Shown: positions 10,081 through 22,142, counted from the first letter of the stretch. The stretch is DNA of 64,000 bases from Alphaproteobacteria bacterium (GCA_963665325.3 CAXXWS020000003.1:128001-192000); one strand, 5' to 3'. Made by a program: numbers and translations. Notes: generated by a model not told the origin, from the letters alone.

Positions 10081-10294
10081 TGTTTGCTATATCCGGAAAG
10101 GAGACGCGGCAAGTCGCGTACGCTGGCGCGCTTGCAACCGCTACCTCATCCGACTCCCGAACGACGTCCCGGCCCTGGTCGAGCTTCCTGCCCAGACGAC
10201 GATGGACTGCACCCCGGCTCGCCGCTGGCGCGGCGTCCGGGGTGACTGTTGGGGACGTTTCGCTGGTCTCGGCTCAAAGAGATCGGATCGTGTT

Positions 10295-11071
10295 CTACCG
10301 CCCCTTGAAGACGGGTTCGCGTTTTTCGATGAAGGCGGCCATGCCTTCCTTCTGGTCTTCGGTGGCGAAGGTCGAGTGGAACATGCGCCGCTCGAACTTC
10401 ACCCCTTCGCTGAGCGGCATTTCGTAGGCGCGGTTCACGCATTCCTTGGTAATCATGACGGCCGGGCGGGATTTCGCCGCAATCGACGCCGCGACCTCGA
10501 CTGCCGTATCGAGCAGCTTGTCGGCGGGCACCACGCGGCTCACAAGGCCGGAGCGCTCCGCCTCCGCCGCATCCATCATCCGCCCGGTCAGGCACATGTC
10601 CATGGTCTTCGACTTGCCGATGAAGCGTGCGAGGCGCTGCGTGCCGCCGCCGCCTGGCAGCGCGCCCAGATTGATCTCGGGCTGGCCGAACCGCGCCGTG
10701 TCGGCGGCGATGATGAAATCGCACATCATGGCCATCTCGCAGCCGCCGCCGAGCGCGTAGCCCGCCACCGCGGCGACCACCGGCTTGCGGCAGCTCGTCA
10801 CCCGCTCCCAGCCCACGGTGATGAAGTCTTCGAGATAGGCATCCATATAGGTCTTCGGCTGCATCTCCTTGATGTCGGCCCCGGCGGCGAAGGCCCTGTC
10901 GGAGCCCGTAATGACGACACAGCCGATGGCGTTGTCGGCCTCGAAGCCGTCGAGCACTTCGGCCAGTTCCGAGATCAGCTTCGCACAAAGCGCATTCAGC
11001 GCCGTCGGGCGGTTCAGGGTGACGATGCCGACCGCCCCCCGGGTTTCGACGAGGATATGTTCGTAGCTCAT
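10295..11071 (-). CDS. Enoyl-CoA hydratase
   Basis: [44 protein letters not shown]. Confidence 0.95.
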   Translation of the reverse strand: MSYEHILVETRGAVGIVTLNRPTALNALCAKLISELAEVLDGFEADNAIGCVVITGSDRAFAAGADIKEMQPKTYMDAYLEDFITVGWERVTSCRKPVVAAVAGYALGGGCEMAMMCDFIIAADTARFGQPEINLGALPGGGGTQRLARFIGKSKTMDMCLTGRMMDAAEAERSGLVSRVVPADKLLDTAVEVAASIAAKSRPAVMITKECVNRAYEMPLSEGVKFERRMFHSTFATEDQKEGMAAFIEKREPVFKGR

Positions 11072-11271
11072 CGGGTGCGCTTCTGCCTCCGTTACAGCAG
11101 CCGTTGAAAGAGGCGCGAATCTGACGCCCGGTTCCCGCAGGGTCAACCGGCCCGGCCGGCGCCGGCGGGGACGAAGCAATCGGGCGGAAGCGCTTCGCGA
11201 ACGGCAGGACCGGGCCATGACCGGAAGCTGCAATTTGTTCAAGAATTCTGAAATAAATCCTGATAGAGGGG

Positions 11272-11298
11272 TTGACCTGAAAATATCCGTGCTAGAAT
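11272..11298 (+). promoter_or_regulatory. Putative sigma70-type promoter
   Basis: TTGACC...GCTAGAAT resembles the alphaproteobacterial housekeeping consensus; preceded by an AT-rich tract. Confidence 0.4.
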
Positions 11299-11662
11299 GG
11301 ATCAGGAGGAAGCGGTATCCGCGGGCCGCTTCGCCTGTTGCCTCGCGCCGGCGCGAAAAAACCCCAACGGAACGCACGGGATAAGTGCGCCCTGCATTTG
11401 CCTCGCGCGCGGGCGCAATCAGGCGCGCGAACCGCGCCGGCGCCAACACCCGCCCGCGCCCGCACGCGATACGCGCGAAACAGGGTCCGCCTCCCGGGGG
11501 AACCGGGTGGCGGGAAGAACGGAACGAAACGAGTGCGGAGGGGAAGGCTCATGGCGAAGACGGAGTGGCGGGCAAACCGGGGAACCGGCCGGGAGCTCTC
11601 GTGCGAAACGACAGCATCATGCTCGGACTGGTGACCGGATATGAGCCTTGCGCATAGGGGAT

Positions 11663-11688
11663 CATGACGAAACATGACATTTCATGAC
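11663..11688 (+). promoter_or_regulatory. Three phased CATGAC direct repeats upstream of soxB
   Basis: CATGAC at 11663, 11673 and 11683, an exact 10-bp period. Confidence 0.45.
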
Positions 11689-11776
11689 ACTTCCGTGGGG
11701 TGGGCCCCGAGGCCGGCAGCGATACGGGCGGCAGCGCCGCCCGAGGCCATGACCGCGGCAGGAATTCCGGGCTAGA

Positions 11777-13042
11777 ATGGCGGCAATGCAGCGCTATTCG
11801 ATCTTTTCGCTCCTCCGGGGCGCGCTGTCGGGACACCGCGACTGGCAGCCGGCCTGGCGCGCACCGGAACCGAAACCCTCCTACGATGTCGTCATTGTCG
11901 GCGGCGGCGGCCATGGCCTCGCCACGGCCTATTATCTCGCCCGCAACCACGGCATTACGAATGTCGCCGTGCTGGAGCGCGGCTGGATCGGCGGCGGCAA
12001 TACCGGGCGCAACACCACCATCGTGCGCTCGAACTACCTGCTGCCGGAGAACCAGCGCTTCTACGAGCACTCGCTCAAGCTCTGGGAGGGGCTCAGCCGG
12101 GACCTCAACTACAATGTGATGTTCTCGCCGCGCGGCGTCATCAATGTCTTCCACACCGACGCCCAGCGCGACTACTGGATCCGGCGGCATAACGGCATGC
12201 GCTATGCCGGCATCGACGCGGAATTGCTGACCCGGGCCGATCTTGCGCGCCTCGTCCCGGCGCTCGACCTCTCGCCCGGAATCCGCCACCCCATCACCGG
12301 CGGCGTCATCCAGCCGCGCGGCGGCGTCGCGCGGCACGATGCCGTCGCCTGGGGCTATGCGCGCGCCGCCGATGCGCTCGGCGTCGATATCATCCAGGAC
12401 TGTGAGGTGACCGGCATCGACGTCCAGGCCGGCAGGGTCACGGGGCTGCAGACGAGCCGGGGGCCCATCGGCGCCGGGCGCATCGGCCTCGCCGTCGCCG
12501 GGCATTCCTCCAGGCTGGCGGAAATGGCGGGCGTTCGCCTTCCCATCGAGACGCACCTGCTCACGGCGACGGTTTCCGAGCCGGTCAAACCCTTCATGGA
12601 CAAGGTCGTCTCAGTGGCGGCGGCGCATGTCTATGTCAGCCAGACCGACAAGGGCGAAGTGCTGATCGGCGGCACTCTCGACGGCTACAATTCCTGGTCG
12701 CAGCGCGGCAGTCCCGCGCGGCTGGAAGACATATTGTCGGCGGCCTGCGAGTATTTCCCGCGCGTCTCGCGCCTGCGCCAGCTCCGGCACTGGGCGGGCG
12801 TCGTGGACATGAGCATGGACGGCAGCCCGATCGTCGCCAAGCTGCCGGTCGAGGGCCTCGCCATGACCGGCGGCTGGTGCTATGGCGGCTTCAAGGCGAC
12901 GCCCGCCTCGGGCTGGTGCCTCGCCTGGACGCTCGCCAACGATGCGCCGCACGCGCTGAACGCACCCTTCTCGCTCGAACGCTTCCGCACCGGAGCCGTG
13001 CTGGACGAGAACGGCGCCGGGCCGGTGGCGTGGGGCCATTGA
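11777..13042 (+). CDS. soxB: Heterotetrameric sarcosine oxidase-like subunit beta
   Basis: GGGGHGLATAYYLA, GGGNTGRNTTIVRSNY, ARHDAVAWGYARAA. Confidence 0.92.
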   Translation: MAAMQRYSIFSLLRGALSGHRDWQPAWRAPEPKPSYDVVIVGGGGHGLATAYYLARNHGITNVAVLERGWIGGGNTGRNTTIVRSNYLLPENQRFYEHSLKLWEGLSRDLNYNVMFSPRGVINVFHTDAQRDYWIRRHNGMRYAGIDAELLTRADLARLVPALDLSPGIRHPITGGVIQPRGGVARHDAVAWGYARAADALGVDIIQDCEVTGIDVQAGRVTGLQTSRGPIGAGRIGLAVAGHSSRLAEMAGVRLPIETHLLTATVSEPVKPFMDKVVSVAAAHVYVSQTDKGEVLIGGTLDGYNSWSQRGSPARLEDILSAACEYFPRVSRLRQLRHWAGVVDMSMDGSPIVAKLPVEGLAMTGGWCYGGFKATPASGWCLAWTLANDAPHALNAPFSLERFRTGAVLDENGAGPVAWGH

Positions 13043-13055
13043 GGGGGCTGGACGC

Positions 13056-13316
13056 ATGCTTCTGATTCCCTGCCCGTTCTGCGGCGACCGCGACGAAACT
13101 GAGTTCGCCTATGGCGGCGAAGCCGGAAACGAACGTCCGGCAGACCCCGGGGCCGCGACCGATGAAGCCTGGACCGACTATCTCTGCTTCCACGACAACC
13201 CGAAGGGCCCGCACCGCGAACTCTGGTTCCATCGCGACGGCTGCAGGCGCTGGCTGACGGTCGAGCGAGATACCTACACCCACGAACTCCGCACGGCGCG
13301 GTTGAGCCGGCCATGA
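13056..13316 (+). CDS. soxD: Sarcosine oxidase subunit delta
   Basis: IPCPFCGDRDETEFAYGGEA...DNPKG...WFHRDGCRRW zinc motif. Confidence 0.93.
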   Translation: MLLIPCPFCGDRDETEFAYGGEAGNERPADPGAATDEAWTDYLCFHDNPKGPHRELWFHRDGCRRWLTVERDTYTHELRTARLSRP

Positions 13317-16261
13317 GGCGCCAGCCCTTCCGCACGGTCGAGGGCGGCCACCTGATCGACCGCTCGCAGCCGCTGCGCTTCGATTTCGACGGTCACCGCC
13401 ATGAAGGCTACCGGGGCGACAGCCTGGCCTCCGGGCTGCTGGCGGCCGGCGTGCGCATCGCGGCGCGGAGCTTCAAGTACCACCGCCCGCGCAGCATCTG
13501 GGGCTTCGGCTCGGAAGAGCCCAACGCCATGGTCACGACCGGCGTTCGGGAGGAAGCCCGGCCTAACCTGAAGGCGACGGAGATTCCGCTCTCGGACGGC
13601 CTCAAGGCCTTCGGGCAGAACGCCTGGCCCTCGGTCCAGTGGGACATCGGCGGCGCGCTCGGGCTTGCCGGCGACATCCTGCCGGCGGGCTTCTACTACA
13701 AGACCTTCATGTGGCCGACGCGCTGGTGGCACGGCCTGTACGAACCGCTGCTGCGCCGCATGGCGGGCTTCGGGCCGGCGCCGGCGGCGCCCGACGACGC
13801 CTTCTACGCCAAGCGGCGCATCCATGCCGATGTGCTGGTGGCAGGCGGCGGGCCGGCGGGCGTGGCGGCGGCGCTTGCGGCGGCGCGCGCCGGGGCGCGG
13901 GTCGTGCTTGCCGACGAGAATGTCCGTTTCGGCGGCGACCTGTTGCGCACGCCGGGGGAGATCGGGGAGGGCGACGGACTCGCCTGGATCGACACTGCGG
14001 TCGGCGAGCTGGAGTCGATGAGCAATGTCCGCCTGCTGCCGCGCGCCACCGTGACCGGCTATTACGACCACAACCTGCTTCTGGTCGCGGAACGGGCCGG
14101 CGAGGAGGCGCCGCCCGGCACGCCGCAGACACGCCTCTGGTTCGTGCGGGCGCGGGACGTCGTGATCGCTGCCGGCGCGCATGAGCGGCCGCTGCTCTTC
14201 GCCGGAAACGACCGGCCGGGCGTCATGTCGGCATCCGCGGCAGGCGGCTATGCCCATGCATACGGTGTGCTGGCTGGGCGGCGCGCCGTGGTCGCGGGCA
14301 ACAATGACAGCATCTACCCGGTGGCCCGGCTGCTGCAGAGTGCGGGCGTCTCGATCGCCGCCGTCGCCGATACCCGGCCCGACGGCGAAGCGCCGGACCT
14401 GCCCTGCCGCGCGGGTCAGGCCGTCGAGCGGGCACTCGGGAGCCGCCGGGTGCGCGGCGCGCTGCTTCGCCGGACGGACGGCCGGGCAGGCGGCCGGAGC
14501 CAGCGGATCGCCTGCGATCTGGTCGCCGTTGCCGGCGGCTGGAGCCCGGCCGTGCATCTTCACGCCCAGTCGCGCGGCAGCCTGCGCTACGACGAGGAAC
14601 GGGGATTGATCCTGCCCGACCGGCCGGGCGGCGCGAACCGGAGCGCCGGCGCGGCCGCCGGGCGCTTCGACCTCGACGGCTGTCTCGCGGAAGGCTGGGC
14701 CGCCGGGACCGCCGCGGCTGCATCCTCGGGCCACGAGCGCGCCGCCGGCGACCCGCCGCGTTCGCCCGACCGCAACGCCGGGGACGCGCCCGTCTTCTGG
14801 CAGATGGGCGCCGGCAAGCGCTTCGTCGATCTGCAATACGACGTGACCGCGGCGGATGTGGAGCTTTCCGCCCGCGAGGGCTACCGCTCGGTCGAGCATG
14901 TGAAACGCTATACCGCGCTCGGCATGGGCACGGACCAGGGCAAGACTTCCAGCATGGCGGGCCTCGTACTGCTGTCCGAGGCGCTCGGGCGGCCCGTCGC
15001 CCGGACCGGCACGACGACCTTCCGCCCGCCCTACACGCCGGTGCCGATGGCGGCCATGGCCGCCGGCCTCATCGGCGAGGGCCATGACGCGCTGCGCCGC
15101 ACGGCGGTCGACGACTGGCACGAAGCCCGGGGTGCCGTCTTCACCGCCGCCGGCCACTGGCGCCGGCCCAGCTACTATCCGCGCGAAGGCATGAACGAGG
15201 ACGAAGCCATCGAGGCGGAGGTGCGCGAGACCCGCGCCGGGGTCGGCATCGTGGATGTCGGCACGCTCGGCAAGGTCGATGTCCAGGGACCGGATGCGGC
15301 GGCCTTTCTCGACCTCGTCTACGCGAACCGGATTTCGAGCCTCAGGACCGGGCGCGGACGTTACGGGCTGATGCTGCGCGAGGACGGACGCGTGTTCGAC
15401 GACGGTGTCGTCATGCGCCTCGGCGAAAACCATTTCTACCTGACGACCACGACCGCGCAGCACCACGCCGTGGTGCAGCATATGGAATTCCTGCTCCAGA
15501 CCGTCTGGCCGGAGCTGGAGGTCCATGCGACCGATGTATCGGAGCACTGGTTCACCGCCGCGCTTGCCGGTCCCGGCTCGCGGTTGCTGCTGGGCGATGT
15601 CGCGCCCGAACTCGACGTGTCGGACGAAGCTTTCCCGATGATGGCGGTGCACGCGGCCACGGTCGCCGACCTGCCGGCCCTCGTCTTCCGAATGAGCTAT
15701 TCCGGCGAGCTCTCCTACGAGATCGCCGTGCCCGCCGACTACGGGCTGGCGCTCTGGACGCGGCTGCTGACGGCAGGCCGCGAGCACGGGCTCACGCCTT
15801 ACGGCCTCGAGGCCATGGGCGTCATGCGCATAGAGAAGGGGCATGTGACCCATGCCGAGGCGGACGGCCGCACGACCCCGGACGATCTGGGGCTCGGGCG
15901 CATGGTCAGGGCGGATGCGCGCAGCATCGGCGTGCGCTCGCTGGAACTGCCGGCGCTCCGCCGGAAGGGCCGCCAGCAGCTTGTCGGCCTCTCCGTCATC
16001 GACCCCGAAACCCGTATCCCGCCGGGCTGCCAGGTGGCGGAAAGCGACGACCTGCAACCCGCCCCGCCGCTCGGCCATGTCACTGCCTTCTGCTACAGCC
16101 CGACGCTCGGCCGCTCGCTCGCGCTCGCGCTGATCGAGAACGGGCGGGCCCGGACCGGCCAGACGGTCCATGTCACCTCGCCGGTCATCGGCTTTTCCAC
16201 CGCGGCGGAGGTCGTGTCGCCGGTGTTCTACGACCCGGAAGGGAAACGCCTCCATGTTTGA
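13313..16261 (+). CDS. soxA: Sarcosine oxidase subunit alpha
   Basis: [38 protein letters not shown]-terminal GcvT-like folate domain. Confidence 0.93.
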   Translation: MRRQPFRTVEGGHLIDRSQPLRFDFDGHRHEGYRGDSLASGLLAAGVRIAARSFKYHRPRSIWGFGSEEPNAMVTTGVREEARPNLKATEIPLSDGLKAFGQNAWPSVQWDIGGALGLAGDILPAGFYYKTFMWPTRWWHGLYEPLLRRMAGFGPAPAAPDDAFYAKRRIHADVLVAGGGPAGVAAALAAARAGARVVLADENVRFGGDLLRTPGEIGEGDGLAWIDTAVGELESMSNVRLLPRATVTGYYDHNLLLVAERAGEEAPPGTPQTRLWFVRARDVVIAAGAHERPLLFAGNDRPGVMSASAAGGYAHAYGVLAGRRAVVAGNNDSIYPVARLLQSAGVSIAAVADTRPDGEAPDLPCRAGQAVERALGSRRVRGALLRRTDGRAGGRSQRIACDLVAVAGGWSPAVHLHAQSRGSLRYDEERGLILPDRPGGANRSAGAAAGRFDLDGCLAEGWAAGTAAAASSGHERAAGDPPRSPDRNAGDAPVFWQMGAGKRFVDLQYDVTAADVELSAREGYRSVEHVKRYTALGMGTDQGKTSSMAGLVLLSEALGRPVARTGTTTFRPPYTPVPMAAMAAGLIGEGHDALRRTAVDDWHEARGAVFTAAGHWRRPSYYPREGMNEDEAIEAEVRETRAGVGIVDVGTLGKVDVQGPDAAAFLDLVYANRISSLRTGRGRYGLMLREDGRVFDDGVVMRLGENHFYLTTTTAQHHAVVQHMEFLLQTVWPELEVHATDVSEHWFTAALAGPGSRLLLGDVAPELDVSDEAFPMMAVHAATVADLPALVFRMSYSGELSYEIAVPADYGLALWTRLLTAGREHGLTPYGLEAMGVMRIEKGHVTHAEADGRTTPDDLGLGRMVRADARSIGVRSLELPALRRKGRQQLVGLSVIDPETRIPPGCQVAESDDLQPAPPLGHVTAFCYSPTLGRSLALALIENGRARTGQTVHVTSPVIGFSTAAEVVSPVFYDPEGKRLHV

Positions 16262-16859
16262 CGATTCCGCCGAGGCGCGGCGGAGCCCCCTTGCCGGGCT
16301 CGACCTCGGCTCGCGCGCCGGCGGGGCGGGCGGCGTCCTGCTCGGCGAGGGGCAGGCGCGGGAGAGCTTCGTGCTGCGCGGCCCCCCCGACGACGAGGCC
16401 TTTGCGCGCGCCGTCGAGGCGGCGCTCGGCGCAGACCCGCCACGGGGGCCGGGCGAGGGCCGGGAGTGCGGAGAGGATACGCTGCTCATCCACCTCGGCC
16501 CCGACGAATGGCGCCTCGTCGCGCCGCTTTCCGACGACGGCCGGCTCGCCGCCCGCCTTGCCTCCGAACTCGTCGGCGGGCGAGGCGCACTCGTCAATGT
16601 CTCCTCCGCCGCGACCGTCATTACCGTTGCGGGCGAGCACGCGGCGGACCTGCTGGCCACCGGCACCGGCATCGATCTCGACCCGGTGGCCTTTCCGCCG
16701 GGCCGCGCGGTGCGAACCCGCATCGGCAATGCCCAGGCGCTCATCCACCGAAGAGCCGAGGACGCCTTCGAACTCCATGTTCCCCGCAGCTATGCCCGTT
16801 CCTTCTGGGAATGGCTGGAAGAGCGCGGCCGCGAGTTCCACGCCGCCGTCGCGCTCTGA
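16254..16859 (+). CDS. soxG: Sarcosine oxidase subunit gamma
   Basis: [31 protein letters not shown]; operon position. Confidence 0.88.
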   Translation: MFDDSAEARRSPLAGLDLGSRAGGAGGVLLGEGQARESFVLRGPPDDEAFARAVEAALGADPPRGPGEGRECGEDTLLIHLGPDEWRLVAPLSDDGRLAARLASELVGGRGALVNVSSAATVITVAGEHAADLLATGTGIDLDPVAFPPGRAVRTRIGNAQALIHRRAEDAFELHVPRSYARSFWEWLEERGREFHAAVAL

Positions 16860-16881
16860 GGCAGGGACAGCGGAAAGCCTC

Positions 16882-17412
16882 ATGGCGGAGACAATCCTCC
16901 CGGTCGAGCCGCTGACCCGCGCCGCCTTCGCACCGTTTGGCGATGCGATCGAGGCGGCCGGGGCCGAGCACTTCGAGATCAACAACGGCTCGACGACCCG
17001 CTTCCACGACCTCGCCCGCGTCGATGTGGAGGCGGAGGACGGGCATGTGCTCGTCAACATCTTCCGCGCCCGACCGCTGCCCATGCCGCTCACCGTCGCG
17101 ATGATGGAGAAGCACCCGCTCGGCTCGCAGGCCTTCGTCCCGCTTGAGGCTGCGCCCTTCCTGGTCGTCGTCGCGCCGCCCGGAGAGGCCGTTGCGCCGC
17201 AGGACTTGCGCGCCTTCCTCGCCGTGGCCGGCCAGGGCGTCAACTACGCCCGCGGCGTCTGGCACCATCCCGTCATCGCGCTGGACCGCGAGACCGATTT
17301 CCTGGTCATCGACCGAGGCGGCCCCGGCGACAATCTCGCCGAGTTCTTCTTCGACGAGAGCGAGCAACGTATCGTCGAGGTCAGTCGATCGGCAGAGGCT
17401 TCATCTCCCTGA
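16882..17412 (+). CDS. allA: Ureidoglycolate lyase
   Basis: [51 protein letters not shown]. Confidence 0.93.
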   Translation: MAETILPVEPLTRAAFAPFGDAIEAAGAEHFEINNGSTTRFHDLARVDVEAEDGHVLVNIFRARPLPMPLTVAMMEKHPLGSQAFVPLEAAPFLVVVAPPGEAVAPQDLRAFLAVAGQGVNYARGVWHHPVIALDRETDFLVIDRGGPGDNLAEFFFDESEQRIVEVSRSAEASSP

Positions 17413-19198
17413 TCGCCTCCAGAAACACCTGCCCGTAGCGCTGCAGCTTTGTGGCGCCGACGCCGGGGACTTCGGCCATCTTCTCCAAGGTGGTCGGGCG
17501 ACGGTCCAGCATGTCGTGGAGCACGCTGTCATGGAACACCATGAAGGGCGCCACGCCCTGCTCCGAAGCCAGCCTGCGCCGCAGCGCGCGGAGCGCCTCG
17601 AAGCCTTCCCTGTCCGCTGCCGTCCCCGCCGTTCCCCGTTCCCGGCGCGCTTGCCGCTGCCGGGCCGGGCCGGGCTCCCGCTTTTCGCGCCGGAACTGCA
17701 CCGTCCGCTCGCCCCGCAGCACGGCGCGCGCCTCCGGCCCGAGGCGGAGCACGTTGAAGCTGTCCAGGCGCTCGACGACCACAAGCTCCGCAACTGTCAA
17801 CTGGCGCAGGATCGAGCGCCACTCGCTCACACTCCGCTCCTTGCCGACGCCGTAGGTGGGCAGCCGGTCGTGGCCGAGGCGCAGGACGCGTTCGGTTTCC
17901 CGCGCGCGCAGCACGTCGATAATGTGCCCGCTCCCGAAGCGCTGGCCCGTGCGGTAGATCGCGGAGAGCGCCATCTGCGCCGCTTCCGCGCCGTCGAACA
18001 TCTCGGGCGGATCGAGGCAGATATCGCAATTGCCGCAGGGCTCGCAGTCGTCGCCGAAATAGCCCAGCAGGATCCGCCGCCGGCAGGTCGCTGCCTCGGC
18101 ATAGCCCAGGAGCGCCTCCAGCTTGGCCCGCTCGATGCGCTTCTGCTCCTCCGGGGCCTCCGAGACCTCGATGAAGCGCCCCAGCTGCGCCGCGTCGCCG
18201 GGGCCGTAGAGCATCCAGGCCTCCGCCGGCAGGCCGTCGCGCCCGGCCCGGCCGGTCTCCTGATAGTAGGCTTCGGGGCTCTTCGGCAGGTCGAGATGGG
18301 CAACGAAGCGCACATCCGGCTTGTCGATGCCCATGCCGAAGGCGACCGTCGCCACCATCACCGCATCGTCCGAGGCGACGAAGCGGGCCTGCCGCTCCGT
18401 GCGCTCGCCCGCCTCCAGCCCCGCATGGTAGGCGAGCGCCGGGACGCCGGCCCGGTTCAGCTCCGCCGCGACCTCTTCGACGCGCTTGCGCGTCATGCAA
18501 TAGACGATGCCGGCGTCGCCCGGCCGTCCGGCCAGGAAGCCCAGCAACTGCTGCACACGCTGCCGGCGCGGCTTCACCGTGTAACGGATATTGGGCCGGT
18601 CGAAACCGGACACGAACCGCTGCGCCCCTTCCAGCCGGAGCTCGCGGGCGATGTCGGCGCGGGTCTCGGCATCGGCCGTGGCGGTGAGCGCAATGCGGGG
18701 CACACCCGGAAAGCGCTCCGCCAGCACAGCGAGCCGCCGGTAGTCCGGGCGGAAGTCGTGGCCCCACTGGCTGACGCAATGCGCCTCGTCGATGGCGAAC
18801 AGCGCAATCGGCGCCCCATCCAGCATGTCGAGGAAGCCCGGCGCGGCGAACCGCTCCGGCGAGACATAGACGAGATCGAGCCGTCCCTCGCGCATCGCCC
18901 GCTCGACGCCCGCCCGCTCGCGCCCGTCGAGGGTCGAGTTGAAGGCCGCCGCGCGCACCCCGTTCTGGGCGAGCGCCGCCACCTGGTCCTGCATCAGCGC
19001 GATCAGCGGCGAGACGACGACCGCAACGCCCGGCCGGACCAGAGCCGGCACCTGGTAGCAGAGCGACTTGCCCGCGCCCGTCGGCATCAGCACCAGCGCA
19101 TCCTCGCCCGCGACCACCGCGTCGATTGCCGCGCGCTGGTGGCCGCGAAACGCCTCGAAGCCGAAGACCCGCCGGAGGACCTCCAGCGGCTCCGGCAC
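17381..19198 (-). CDS. recQ: ATP-dependent DNA helicase RecQ
   Basis: [39 protein letters not shown], zinc/RQC and HRDC domains. Confidence 0.97.
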   Translation of the reverse strand: MPEPLEVLRRVFGFEAFRGHQRAAIDAVVAGEDALVLMPTGAGKSLCYQVPALVRPGVAVVVSPLIALMQDQVAALAQNGVRAAAFNSTLDGRERAGVERAMREGRLDLVYVSPERFAAPGFLDMLDGAPIALFAIDEAHCVSQWGHDFRPDYRRLAVLAERFPGVPRIALTATADAETRADIARELRLEGAQRFVSGFDRPNIRYTVKPRRQRVQQLLGFLAGRPGDAGIVYCMTRKRVEEVAAELNRAGVPALAYHAGLEAGERTERQARFVASDDAVMVATVAFGMGIDKPDVRFVAHLDLPKSPEAYYQETGRAGRDGLPAEAWMLYGPGDAAQLGRFIEVSEAPEEQKRIERAKLEALLGYAEAATCRRRILLGYFGDDCEPCGNCDICLDPPEMFDGAEAAQMALSAIYRTGQRFGSGHIIDVLRARETERVLRLGHDRLPTYGVGKERSVSEWRSILRQLTVAELVVVERLDSFNVLRLGPEARAVLRGERTVQFRREKREPGPARQRQARRERGTAGTAADREGFEALRALRRRLASEQGVAPFMVFHDSVLHDMLDRRPTTLEKMAEVPGVGATKLQRYGQVFLEAIREMKPLPID

Positions 19199-19221
19199 CT
19201 GCAGTCCGTCTTTGGAGGGCG

Positions 19222-19926
19222 TCAGCCCTGCAGCGCCTTTTCGAACAGCGCGGTCGTGCGCCCGTTGGCGAGCGCGGCGTTCTCCTCGTCATAGGGCTGG
19301 CCGCCGATGCGCGCGAAGGCGTGGTCCATGCCCGGATAGGAGTGGACCTCCGCATGGGCGTTGCCGGCGAGCCCGTCCCTGACCGCCGCTTGCGCTTCCT
19401 TCGGCACGAAGCCGTCTTCCTCCGCGATATGCAGCATGAGCGGGGCGGAGATGTTCGCCGCCTCGTCCAGCATCTCCTCGATGCCGACGCCGTAATAGCC
19501 GACATTGGCGTCGAGGTCGGCCCGGCAGGCCAGCATGTAGGCGAGCTTGCCGCCGAGGCAGAAGCCGACCGTGCCGATCTTGCCGTTGCAGCCCGCCATG
19601 GCGCGCATATGCGCGGCGGTGGCCTTCAGGTCGTCGATGCCCTTGTCCACGTCGAAGCCCTGGTAGAGCTCGAAGGCCTTTTTCCACTCCTCTTCCGTTT
19701 GGTCCGTGATGTCCACGCCCGGCTCCTGGCGCCAGAAGAGGTCCGGCGCCACGGCGACATAGCCTTGGCTCGCCCAGTATTCGGCGATGTCGCGCATGGC
19801 GTGGTTGACGCCGAAGATCTCCTGGATGCAGAGCACGCCCGGCCCGGAGCCCGAGGCCGGCATGGCGCAATAGGCGGTGAACTCTCCCGAGCCGTCATTC
19901 GCCCGGATGGTGATGGTCTCGGCCAT
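19222..19926 (-). CDS. Dienelactone hydrolase family protein
   Basis: QEIFGVN, GFCLGG nucleophile motif, YPGMDHAF. Confidence 0.92.
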   Translation of the reverse strand: MAETITIRANDGSGEFTAYCAMPASGSGPGVLCIQEIFGVNHAMRDIAEYWASQGYVAVAPDLFWRQEPGVDITDQTEEEWKKAFELYQGFDVDKGIDDLKATAAHMRAMAGCNGKIGTVGFCLGGKLAYMLACRADLDANVGYYGVGIEEMLDEAANISAPLMLHIAEEDGFVPKEAQAAVRDGLAGNAHAEVHSYPGMDHAFARIGGQPYDEENAALANGRTTALFEKALQG

Positions 19927-20259
19927 GTGGCCCTCCCTCTCGAACTGCGGGGCCCGTCCAACGGGCCCATGAAACGATGCCGGCGCCGACTCCCTCCCGA
20001 CAGGAATGCCGGTCCGCATACTCCCGGCCACCATAGCCACGCGCTGCGCCGCCGCACAAGCCGGCCGGCGGAAAGGTTGGTGTCCTAACACCGCAATAGC
20101 AACAAATGACGCAAACAATACAACCGGCGCCCAGCATGACGGTCGGCAACCGGGTCGCTCAAGCTGCCGCAACGGGCAGCGACGCGCCCCGGCTGACGAG
20201 CTGACGCCATCCATGCCATTCTCGCGTCCAGGCAAACGACCTGCGAAGACGGAGGTTCG

Positions 20260-20973
20260 ATGGCGGCGATTGCGGTTACGGGAGCCAATCGGGGGATCGG
20301 GGCTGGCATTGCGGCGGCGCTGGCGGAGCGGGGCTTTGCGGTGGCCTGCCTCACGCGCTCAGGCCGCGGGCCCGAAGGGCTGGATCTGCCGGCCTGGCCG
20401 GTAGATGTGACCGACACGGCCGGCCTCGCCCGCGCGCTCGACGCGGCGGCCAAGGAGCTGGGCGGGCTGGAGGGGCTGGTCAACAATGCCGGCGTCCATT
20501 TGCAGGGGCCGAGCGCGGACTTCCCGGTCGAGGACTTCGCCCGCACCATGGCGGTCAACACCACCGCCGTCTTCGCCGCAGCCCAGGCAGCCTATCCGCA
20601 TCTCAAGGCCAATGGCGGCGGCATCGTCGTCAATCTCGGCTCCTACTGGGAGCGGCTCGGCGTGCGCGCCAACACCGCCTACTGCGCCTCCAAGGCGGCC
20701 GTCTCCGGCCTGACCCGCTGCCTCGCGGTGGAGTGGGCGCGGGACAATATTTCCGTCTATACCGTCGCGCCCGGCTATGTGGAGACGGACATGAATGCCG
20801 AAATCCTCGCCAGTCCCCGGTTTCGCAACTGGCTGGAGCGGCGCATCCCGGTCGGTCGGCCCGGAAGCGTGGACGAAGTGGCGCGCTTCGTGGCACTGCT
20901 GTTCGCCGAGAAAATCCACTACCTCACCGGCGAGACCATCGTGATGGACGGGGCCCAGAGCATAAACCAATGA
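20260..20973 (+). CDS. Short-chain dehydrogenase/reductase
   Basis: TGANRGIG, NNAG, YCASK. Confidence 0.92.
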   Translation: MAAIAVTGANRGIGAGIAAALAERGFAVACLTRSGRGPEGLDLPAWPVDVTDTAGLARALDAAAKELGGLEGLVNNAGVHLQGPSADFPVEDFARTMAVNTTAVFAAAQAAYPHLKANGGGIVVNLGSYWERLGVRANTAYCASKAAVSGLTRCLAVEWARDNISVYTVAPGYVETDMNAEILASPRFRNWLERRIPVGRPGSVDEVARFVALLFAEKIHYLTGETIVMDGAQSINQ

Positions 20974-22142
20974 CCGTGCTCGACCGTCTCGACGCCCGCC
21001 TCGAAGCCCTGCCGGAAGAGGAAGCGGCGGTGCTGGAAGCCGTGAAGCGCCTGGCCGAGCGCGTCGTGGCCCCTGCCGCCGCCGCCCTAGACGCGGAAAG
21101 CCGTTTCCCCTGGGACAATCTCGCCGCGATGCGGGAACTCGAACTCAACCGCATGTTCATTCCTGAAGCTTATGGCGGCGCCGGGCTCTCCTTCGCCTGC
21201 TACATCCGCGCGGCGCACGAGATGGCGCGGGCCTGCGCGTCGACCGGCATCGTCTGGTCCACCGTGTTCCACGCCATCAAGCCGGTCATCGACTTCGGCA
21301 GCGAGGAGCTGAAGCAGCGCGTGCTGCCGCGCATCGCGGATGGCGGCCTCGCCTCGCTCTGCATCACCGAGACCGATGCCGGCTCCGACGCCACCGGCAT
21401 GCGGACCCGCTTCCGGCCGGAGGGCGGCGATATCGTCATCGACGGCGCCAAGACCTTCATCACCAGCGGCGATGTGGCGGACGTCTACGTGCTGTTCGGC
21501 AAATGGACGGAGATCGAGGACGGCCGCGCGGCGATCACGGCGCTTGTCGTCGAGAAGGAGGCTCCCGGCATCGGCGTGCTGCGGCTGGAGGACAAGCTCG
21601 GCCTGCGCGCGAGTTCTACCGCCGCGCTTGCCTTCGAGGGCGTGCGGGTCCCGCGCGCGAACCTTATCCTCGGGCCGGGCGAGGGGCTGAAGGTGCTGTT
21701 CGGCGCGCTCAACAAGTCGCGGCCGTCGATTGCCGCCCATGCGCTCGGCATCGCGCGCGCCGCCTTCGACGATGCCGTGGCCTATATCGGTGCCCGGCGC
21801 CAGTCCGGTCGGCGCATAGCGGATTTCCAGGGCATCCAGTTCATGCTGGCCGACCTCGCTACCGAGCTCGCGCAGGCGGAACTCTGGCTAGGCTATGTCG
21901 CCGGGCTGGTGGATGAGGGCCTCGACGATATCGGCATCGAGGCCTCTATGGCCAAGCTCACCGCATCCGATCTCGCCATGAAGGCCGCCGATATGGGCGT
22001 GCAGTTGCATGGCGGTTACGGCTATATCAGGGACTATCGCGCGGAACGGCTGCTGCGCGATGCCAAGATCACCCAGATCTGGGAAGGGACCAACCAGGTC
22101 CACCGTCAACTTATTGGCCGCAGTTTCGCGAGGCGCCCATGA
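20970..22142 (+). CDS. Acyl-CoA dehydrogenase
   Basis: ITETDAGSDA, KTFITSG, LRDAKITQIWEGTNQV. Confidence 0.93.
   Translation: MTVLDRLDARLEALPEEEAAVLEAVKRLAERVVAPAAAALDAESRFPWDNLAAMRELELNRMFIPEAYGGAGLSFACYIRAAHEMARACASTGIVWSTVFHAIKPVIDFGSEELKQRVLPRIADGGLASLCITETDAGSDATGMRTRFRPEGGDIVIDGAKTFITSGDVADVYVLFGKWTEIEDGRAAITALVVEKEAPGIGVLRLEDKLGLRASSTAALAFEGVRVPRANLILGPGEGLKVLFGALNKSRPSIAAHALGIARAAFDDAVAYIGARRQSGRRIADFQGIQFMLADLATELAQAELWLGYVAGLVDEGLDDIGIEASMAKLTASDLAMKAADMGVQLHGGYGYIRDYRAERLLRDAKITQIWEGTNQVHRQLIGRSFARRP

Noticed and set aside
6113-10294. Flanking direct repeats or an integrase defining the GD locus as a mobile island
   Set aside because: No att-like repeats, tRNA or recombinase were seen, so mobility is not claimed.
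13274-16744. 1156-aa minus-strand ORF and similar long antisense ORFs (2244-4328, 17144-19294, 52979-54664)
   Set aside because: Shadow ORFs opposite well-supported genes, expected in high-GC DNA, with no recognisable motifs.
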